64,000 nucleotides of DNA, from assembly GCA_944323475.1 (NCBI GenBank), contig CALUSQ010000004.1:36270-100269 (forward strand), written 5' to 3'. This document shows, one piece after another, positions 58,212-64,000 of this stretch. Below the pieces are notes generated by a model. That model was not told where the DNA came from and searched no databases. It saw only the letters and a list, made by a program, of their open reading frames with translations. The DNA is from Candidatus Gastranaerophilales bacterium. Its GTDB lineage: Bacteria; Cyanobacteriota; Vampirovibrionia; Gastranaerophilales; Gastranaerophilaceae. A program made the translations under genes and the position numbers. The number at the start of each line of letters is the position of its first letter. The stretch's first letter is position 1.

Positions 58212-60206
58212 TTACCATTCAACGATAACTGCGCCATACCCGCCTTTACCGCCTTTGCTGTATACGCCTGGTGAGTTGCCTGCGTTACCGCCGCCGCCAC
58301 CTGCACCATATGATGTACCGTTACCACCATTTTCTTTACAAATTGCTTTTTGCCATGTGCCTTGACCATCTGATTCTACATTTTTAGTTTTAATATTTTC
58401 TTCACCGCAATCTTTTTCAAATGTTATATTTTCATCACGATAACATACATAGTTATTATAGAAAGTAGAGGCATTATCGTATCCGGAAAATTCTGTTTGA
58501 TCATCATCATCTTCGTTTTCGTGATAAAAATTAGTAATATCTTGATACTTATATGAATATGTCCTTACATTATAATAATTGGCTATGTAGTTAGTTAATT
58601 TTAACAAATAAAAATACTTTCTTGTATCACTATCAGAAGCTAAACCACCATAAACATGCAAAGCTTGTAGAGCAACAGGTTCACTATCATCGATTTTTTG
58701 TTTTAATTCGATTTGGTTCATCATATTATTTGTCCATTCAAAACCTTCTGGTTTTACTCCTTGGTTTTTTTCAAGAACAGCAGAATTATTAGCTTTTGTG
58801 ATTTTACAGATTACTGTTTTGCATTCTTTTACATCTACTTGTACTACTGTTGAACCGGAAACAAACTTTTTAGGTGTGCATTCAGGTGCAGCAGTGCCTC
58901 CACCTTTCATTGTAATTTGTGAGTGTTCTCCAGTTTCAGGTGCAGTAAGAGTTTGGTTTGTTTCTCCTCCTTCACCACCATATCCAACCAAACTGCGACC
59001 GTATATATTACCTTTTTTTATTTGCGCAACAGTTCTACCGCCTTTCTCACCTGAATTAGCAGCATCAGAAATTGTTACTTCCAGAATACCTTCCATAGAA
59101 GGTACAAAGTATGATTGAGGAATTGCAGCATGACCACCTTCACCGAATATTTGCCATGTTTTATAAATTACTCCATAACCACCAATACCATTTTGTTGAT
59201 TAGATTTGCGATAACAAGAACTACCTTGAACACCGCCATCACCGCCGTTTCCATATGTTGTAGGATTATCGTTTGTGTCTCTGTAGTTGTTTTTTCCACC
59301 TCTTGATTGAACACAAGTACCACACCCACCAGCTGTACCTGGTTGTCCTACACCTTTTCTTATAGAACTTGCATATTTGGTTTTACCATTGACTGTAACA
59401 GTATTGTTATAATTAGCTGCTATTACAGAACCTCCGGTACCTCTGCCACCGCCTCTGCAGCTCCATCTTGAACGGCCTATAGAGTCACCGCCTTGACCAC
59501 CAGAAACTGCTATATATGTTGTTTTATCAATATTATCATTGCTGCGTGTAAGTGTTGTTGTACCACCGGTAAGGGCTCTGTTATGGGATGTTGAATCACT
59601 CCAACCACCGTGCCATGTGCCGCCTCTGCTTTGACCGCCGCCACCGACACTTATTGTGTAGCTTGTACCTTGATATAGCGGAATAGTACCTTCAAAAATA
59701 CCGCCGCCGCCACCGCCGCCGCCGCCGTTAGATTTGTGAGCGCTTCTTTTGCCGTTACTGTTATTTTGTCCGCCGCCGCCACCGCCACCGCCGGCAATTA
59801 ACATTACATCATATAAATCTGTTTTTGTTGGTGAAAAAGATGTACTAGTTGTTGTTCTAGCATAGATATCTCTTTTTGATTCTCCATCTCCGCCGCCGCC
59901 GCCGCCGCCAACAACAGTTACAGAATATTTAACAGATTTTTGAGGAGTAAATGTACATTTATTTCCATTTGAGACTGTCCAAGTATCAGGATTATTTTTA
60001 TCTCCTACTGGTCTGTGAGAATCCCAATATACATATTGTCCACTGCTATTTCTTGTACAAATCCATGTACCTTTAGTGCCAAGAGAAGGATCTCTTTTCT
60101 TTTTTGTAATAACAGGGACTGTTGCTAATGTTATTACAGAAATAATCAAAAGAGTAATAAGTGCTTCTGCCAGTGAAAATGCAAAGATTTTTTCTTTTGT
60201 TTTCAT
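58212..60206 (-). CDS. large glycine-rich protein with type IV pilin-like leader and N-terminal helix (long paralogue)
   Basis: 664 aa. MKTKEKIFA|FSLAEALITLLIISVITLATVPVITKKKR has a basic leader, small residue at -1, F+1 and E+5. Then a conserved WICT...CTF module, Gly runs of 7-9, and the C-terminus ...GKGGYGAVIVEW. Confidence 0.8.
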   Translation of the reverse strand: MKTKEKIFAFSLAEALITLLIISVITLATVPVITKKKRDPSLGTKGTWICTRNSSGQYVYWDSHRPVGDKNNPDTWTVSNGNKCTFTPQKSVKYSVTVVGGGGGGGDGESKRDIYARTTTSTSFSPTKTDLYDVMLIAGGGGGGGGQNNSNGKRSAHKSNGGGGGGGGGIFEGTIPLYQGTSYTISVGGGGQSRGGTWHGGWSDSTSHNRALTGGTTTLTRSNDNIDKTTYIAVSGGQGGDSIGRSRWSCRGGGRGTGGSVIAANYNNTVTVNGKTKYASSIRKGVGQPGTAGGCGTCVQSRGGKNNYRDTNDNPTTYGNGGDGGVQGSSCYRKSNQQNGIGGYGVIYKTWQIFGEGGHAAIPQSYFVPSMEGILEVTISDAANSGEKGGRTVAQIKKGNIYGRSLVGYGGEGGETNQTLTAPETGEHSQITMKGGGTAAPECTPKKFVSGSTVVQVDVKECKTVICKITKANNSAVLEKNQGVKPEGFEWTNNMMNQIELKQKIDDSEPVALQALHVYGGLASDSDTRKYFYLLKLTNYIANYYNVRTYSYKYQDITNFYHENEDDDDQTEFSGYDNASTFYNNYVCYRDENITFEKDCGEENIKTKNVESDGQGTWQKAICKENGGNGTSYGAGGGGGNAGNSPGVYSKGGKGGYGAVIVEW
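59890..59909 (-). repeat. perfect (GGC)6 trinucleotide tract encoding poly-Gly; shorter tracts at 59770-59795 and 59701-59727
   Basis: Plus strand reads ccgccgccgccgccgccgcc, which is ~100% GC in an AT-rich genome. Confidence 0.9.
60145..60183. repeat. arm 1 of 39-nt inverted repeat (1 mismatch) shared with 62248-62286
   Basis: The reverse complement reads TGCATTTTCACTGGCAGAAGCACTTATTACTCTTTTGAT. It encodes the AFSLAEALITLLI pilin-like N-terminus. Confidence 0.9.
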
Positions 60207-60285
60207 AAAAACTCCATATATATTAACTAATTTAAAACCAAACTATTCTTATTTAATTTATCTACATAAATTAACATTTCCCTAT

Positions 60286-60314
60286 ATTATACTTCTTTAA
60301 ACTTATTTAAACAA
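60286..60314 (-). promoter_or_regulatory. possible sigma70-like promoter of the 664-aa gene
   Basis: Minus strand: TTGTTT (60314-60309), 17 nt spacer, TATAAT (60291-60286). Confidence 0.4.
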
Positions 60315-60345
60315 ATAAATAATTATTTTTAATTAAATTTAATGA

Positions 60346-61593
60346 TTAATTATTTTGTAAAGATATACCGGCAATATATCCTCCTGACCAACAGTTTTGC
60401 AAATTAAAACCACCTGTTAAACCATCTATATCTATTACTTCACCGCAAAAATACAAATTTGAGACTAGTTTGGATTCAAGTGTTTTGGGATTTATTTCTT
60501 TCAAATCTACCCCGCCTGCTGTTACTATTTCTTCTCCTTTATTTATTCCTGTTGCTAATATCATAAAATCAGTAACTTTTTGAGAAATTTTTTGTCTATC
60601 TAGTTTTGTTAGTTGGCCTGCTTTTGTGGTTGGATTGATGTCTAGCACTTCAAAAATCTTTATTGCTAGATTTTTAGGTAAAAATTCAGCAAGAATATTT
60701 ACAGATTCTTTTTGTGGGTAGGTCTTAAGCTCAGATAAAAATTCTGTATCAAATTGTTCAAAATTTTTGTTTACAAAATTGAAAGAAATTTTTAGAGGAT
60801 TATTTTTGTCAAAATTTAAATAAGCGCAGTAAGAAGAAATTTTGTATACAATAGGCCCTGATATACCTTTATGCGTAAACAAAAAATCACCTTTTACAGG
60901 TTTTTTTAAACATTCATATCTTTTGTTTTTTTCTTTTGATTCTATATCTACTTTTGCCGTAATTTTTTTTAGACTCAAACCGGAAAGAGAGCTAAAATTT
61001 TGCTCTTTTGTAATTAATGAGCTCAATGCAGGTTTTAACTCAATTATATTGTGACCAAGGTTTTTAGCCAGTTTTTGCCCTGTCCCTCTTCCCCCTGTAG
61101 AAATAACTATTTTATCAAATTGATAAGAATTTTTATTTGTTTTTAATTCAAAAAGATTATCAATTTTTTTTATTTCTAATACATTTTCAAAAATTTTTTT
61201 AATATTTTTTTGTTTATTTATTTGTTCTAAAAGAGCAATTTTTACATCTTTTGATGAATTAGTAGTCGGAAAAATTCTTCCATCATCTTGAGTATATGTT
61301 TTTACTCCTATTTGTTCAAAAAAATCCAGAGTTTCTTTTGTTGCAAATTTTGAGAATATGCTATACAAAAACTTTTCACCTGCAGGATAGTTCTTGGCAA
61401 GTTCTTTGTAATCAAATATCGCATTTGCAAGATTACATCTGCCACCACCTGTTGGTAAAAGAGTGTTTAAAATTATATTTTTATCAAAAATAAAAACTTT
61501 ATTTTCTGAATTTTTTGCTGCAAAAATTGCACACATTACACCTGCAGGACCACCGCCTATTATAGCAATCTTAGTCATATATTCTTGCTCCAT
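60346..61593 (-). CDS. HI0933/BaiN-family NAD(P)/FAD-dependent oxidoreductase
   Basis: 415 aa. IIGGGPAGVMCAI, GGGRCNL, and C-terminal GGFNLQNCWSGGY, all typical of this family. Confidence 0.8.
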   Translation of the reverse strand: MEQEYMTKIAIIGGGPAGVMCAIFAAKNSENKVFIFDKNIILNTLLPTGGGRCNLANAIFDYKELAKNYPAGEKFLYSIFSKFATKETLDFFEQIGVKTYTQDDGRIFPTTNSSKDVKIALLEQINKQKNIKKIFENVLEIKKIDNLFELKTNKNSYQFDKIVISTGGRGTGQKLAKNLGHNIIELKPALSSLITKEQNFSSLSGLSLKKITAKVDIESKEKNKRYECLKKPVKGDFLFTHKGISGPIVYKISSYCAYLNFDKNNPLKISFNFVNKNFEQFDTEFLSELKTYPQKESVNILAEFLPKNLAIKIFEVLDINPTTKAGQLTKLDRQKISQKVTDFMILATGINKGEEIVTAGGVDLKEINPKTLESKLVSNLYFCGEVIDIDGLTGGFNLQNCWSGGYIAGISLQNN

Positions 61594-62077
61594 AAAGAAA
61601 AACTTCTTCTACATCTTCAAGATCATCATAAAGCTGAGAAATCGTTTTGTTAAAAACAGGATGATTAAAATCAGGAATTATTTCTAATAAAGGAACAAGA
61701 ACAAAAGCACGTTTATGCATATATTTGTGAGGTATAGTTAACAACTCTGAATTCATAACGACAGAATCATAAAAAATTATATCTATATCAATAGGTCTTT
61801 CACCCCAATGACGTTCTTTTTCCCTATTTCTGCCAAGGGCAGATTCAATCTGATTACATTTAACAAGTAAATCTTCCGGAGAAAGATTTGTTTTGATCTC
61901 TGCAACCATATTTAAAAACCAGTTTTGATCTTTTACTCCCCAAGGCTCTGTTTCATATAAAGATGATGAACGGATTATCTTTATACCCTCAGACAAATCA
62001 AGAAAACTCATTGCTTGTTCAATGAGTTTAAAACTATCTTTTGCATTCGAACCTAAACAAAGATAAGCAATTGACAT
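61571..62077 (-). CDS. folK: 2-amino-4-hydroxy-6-hydroxymethyldihydropteridine diphosphokinase
   Basis: 168 aa. AYLCLGSN, SSLYETEPWG, GERPIDIDII, IPHKYMHKRAFVLVPL. Confidence 0.9.
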   Translation of the reverse strand: MSIAYLCLGSNAKDSFKLIEQAMSFLDLSEGIKIIRSSSLYETEPWGVKDQNWFLNMVAEIKTNLSPEDLLVKCNQIESALGRNREKERHWGERPIDIDIIFYDSVVMNSELLTIPHKYMHKRAFVLVPLLEIIPDFNHPVFNKTISQLYDDLEDVEEVFLYGARIYD

Positions 62078-62142
62078 GATAATTATTATTATAATTCTTT
62101 TTTGTTGTTACAACAATTTTTAATTTAAAAAGTTGATTTTTA

Positions 62143-62172
62143 TTGCTTGAAACAGTCTTTATCGGTTATAAT
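62143..62172 (+). promoter_or_regulatory. possible sigma70-like promoter of the 491-aa gene
   Basis: TTGCTT (62143-62148), 18 nt spacer, TATAAT (62167-62172). Confidence 0.4.
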
Positions 62173-62221
62173 TGTGTAGTTATATAAGAATTTTTAATTT
62201 ATTAATTTATATGGGGTTTTT

Positions 62222-63697
62222 ATGAAAAAGACAACAATAAATATTTCTGCATTTTCATTGGCAGAAGCACTTATTACTCTTTTGATAGTTGCTTTGATTT
62301 CTCTTGCAACTATTCCTGTAATAACTAAAAAAGCAAGAAAAGAAGAAAACCATGGCAAATGGATTTGTACACTCAATAGTGCAGGTCAACATATTCAATG
62401 GAATACAGGTGCCTCAGGAGATGCAAATAATCCGACAACATGGGCTGTTTCAGGAAACAGCTGTACATTCCAAGTTCCATCAGGAGCAAGAAACTTTGCT
62501 ATCACGGCAGTTGCTGGCGGTGGCGGCGGTGCAGGTGCACAATACCAAAATAAATCTTGGACTTCAGACTTTGCTGTAACTTACTATGGTAGTTATAGAA
62601 TGGCTGCTATTGGTGGTGGTGGTAGTGGTGGTCTTCAAGATGGTCTTGCCAATTGTAATCCCAGAGGTGGTGGTGCTGGTGGAGTTGGTTATGCAGCTTT
62701 TGATATAGATGAAAGTACTACACAAATAAAAATATCTTCTGGTCGTGGTGGTGATACAAGTAACCATAATGGTAAAAAAGGTGGTGATTCTGTTATTACA
62801 AGAGTTTACACTAATACTACCACTGGTGCGGCAAATCAAACAGAAGATTTAATTGTTGCGCATGGCGGTAATGGTGGTCATAGAACATATACGGTAGTTT
62901 TTAGTTGTCAAAATGGAGAAGGCAATGGAAAAATGGGGACCGTTTCTTTTGCTTCAAGTGCAATAAGTCCAAGAACCGTAAATACATCTTATGGGAACGG
63001 TGGACTTGGTGGAAGAGGCGATATTAGTTTTGGATATATTCCTTATTCTGATATGGAAAATGTAAATAATTTTATGAAGCCATATACTGTTATGACAGAT
63101 ACGCCAAGATACTATAGTTCTAAACAAATGTATACTAATTTAACAGGAAGAGGAGGAAATCCTCAAACTGCTTCTGGTTGGCAAGGAAGAGCCGGAAATG
63201 ATGGTGCAGCGATGGTTTCAACAGAAATATATTGGTCTGGTGGCGGAGGTAAAGCAGGAAATTATAAAATTAGAGATTTTTATCCGTCTTTTGACAAAAA
63301 GAAACTTACAATTACAGTAGGTAAAGGTGGCAAAGGAGGCAATGCAGGTACTTCTTCGGGCGGTTATGCAACAAAAGGTTCTGATGGCGGCGCAACTGTG
63401 ATAGATGACTTGTATGGTTTACCCGGAGGCAAAGGCGGTGAACTGAAATATCAAGAAAAAGCATATTCAGATACATCAGGTGAAGACGGTGAAAAAACAC
63501 CTCTTTATTACAAAAACGAACCGGTATTAGGTTATGGCGGTTTGTCAGGTACAAATTCAAATGTAAACGGAATGACCAGTGCAGGATATGGTGCCGGTGG
63601 TGGAGGTGCTGGTATTAAACATGGTACATATTTAGGTACTGCCAATGCTGGTAAAGGCGGAGATGGTGCTCCTGGTTATGTTCTTATAGAATGGTAA
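62222..63697 (+). CDS. large glycine-rich protein with type IV pilin-like leader and N-terminal helix (short paralogue)
   Basis: 491 aa. MKKTTINISA|FSLAEALITLLIVALISLATIPVITKKARK, a WICT...CTF module, AVAGGGGGAG and many G-rich blocks, and the C-terminus ...GKGGDGAPGYVLIEW. Confidence 0.8.
   Translation: MKKTTINISAFSLAEALITLLIVALISLATIPVITKKARKEENHGKWICTLNSAGQHIQWNTGASGDANNPTTWAVSGNSCTFQVPSGARNFAITAVAGGGGGAGAQYQNKSWTSDFAVTYYGSYRMAAIGGGGSGGLQDGLANCNPRGGGAGGVGYAAFDIDESTTQIKISSGRGGDTSNHNGKKGGDSVITRVYTNTTTGAANQTEDLIVAHGGNGGHRTYTVVFSCQNGEGNGKMGTVSFASSAISPRTVNTSYGNGGLGGRGDISFGYIPYSDMENVNNFMKPYTVMTDTPRYYSSKQMYTNLTGRGGNPQTASGWQGRAGNDGAAMVSTEIYWSGGGGKAGNYKIRDFYPSFDKKKLTITVGKGGKGGNAGTSSGGYATKGSDGGATVIDDLYGLPGGKGGELKYQEKAYSDTSGEDGEKTPLYYKNEPVLGYGGLSGTNSNVNGMTSAGYGAGGGGAGIKHGTYLGTANAGKGGDGAPGYVLIEW
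62248..62286. repeat. arm 2 of 39-nt inverted repeat
   Basis: TGCATTTTCATTGGCAGAAGCACTTATTACTCTTTTGAT. It has a single C/T difference from the reverse complement of 60145-60183. Confidence 0.9.
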
Positions 63698-63716
63698 TTG
63701 AACTTTTAAATTTATG

Positions 63717-63746
63717 AAAAGGGTGATTTTAGTCACCCTTTTTTTG
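63717..63746 (+). terminator. rho-independent terminator after the 491-aa gene
   Basis: gggtga (63721-63726) pairs with tcaccc (63733-63738), followed by T7. Confidence 0.7.
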
Positions 63747-63853
63747 TTATTTTCTTATATTTTCTTAATAATGCTTTAAAAAAGAGGTTTTTTATTTTTG
63801 AACTTTTTATTTTTATGTTAAGATTTTAAACATCAGAAAAAGAGGACAACCTA

Positions 63854-64000
63854 ATGATTTCAGTAAACGATTTAAAAACAGGCTTAACATTAGAACTTGA
63901 TAACGGATTATGGTCTGTTGTGGAATTTTTACATGTTAAACCGGGAAAAGGCGCAGCTTTTGTTAGAACAAAACTCAAAAACGTTGAAACAGGAAACGTT
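63854..64000 (+). CDS. efp: elongation factor P, N-terminal 49 codons (continues past window end)
   Basis: AAGAGGA RBS, then [49 protein letters not shown], including the KPGKG loop. Confidence 0.9.
   Translation, partial: MISVNDLKTGLTLELDNGLWSVVEFLHVKPGKGAAFVRTKLKNVETGNV

Noticed and set aside
59880-59925. VTVVGGGGGG read as a Rossmann-type dinucleotide-binding motif, suggesting an oxidoreductase
   Set aside because: The Gly run is longer than GxGxxG, recurs several times in the same protein, and follows a pilin-like leader and a Cys-containing extracytoplasmic module. It is not in an N-terminal beta-alpha-beta context.
60076-60300. Mirror-image ORFs 60076-60300 (+) and 62194-62376 (-) with similar peptides (...IKRVISASA.ENA.IF...)
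   Set aside because: They are antisense translations of the conserved pilin-like 5' ends (the 39-nt inverted repeat), not independent genes.

Overview
AT-rich (roughly one-third G+C by eye) bacterial chromosomal window, densely packed with about 57 protein-coding genes. It uses the standard code: TGA acts as a stop, for example in the murF/mraY ATGA overlap. I found no rRNA, tRNA, tmRNA, CRISPR array, transposase, integrase or prophage genes. Most content is housekeeping: glgA (partial), glyQ, a partial dcw cluster (murF-mraY-murD-ftsW-murG), murJ, prfA, recJ, smpB, dnaN, dapF, ppdK, smc-scpA, rseP, pheA, atpD-atpC, thrB, folK and efp (partial). There are also motility, surface and signalling genes: a lone flagellin, a sigF-type sigma factor coupled to a prepilin peptidase, comF, a PAS histidine kinase with a REC/GGDEF-like/REC regulator, and a CHASE2-GGDEF cyclase. 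The gene content resembles non-photosynthetic relatives of cyanobacteria (Vampirovibrionia/Melainabacteria-like): SigF-like sigma, an isolated atpD-atpC pair, dnaN without dnaA but with an origin-like upstream region, ppdK, glgA and flagellin. That placement is inference only. The most unusual locus is 58.2-63.7 kb. Two divergently transcribed paralogues (664 and 491 aa) combine a type IV pilin-like leader and N-terminal helix with very large glycine-rich domains and a shared ...IEW C-terminus. They share a 39-nt inverted repeat and contain GC-rich (GGC)n tracts. The second notable site is a candidate oriC at 28.69-28.98 kb, directly upstream of dnaN. All functional calls rest on motif recognition by eye; no database search was run.
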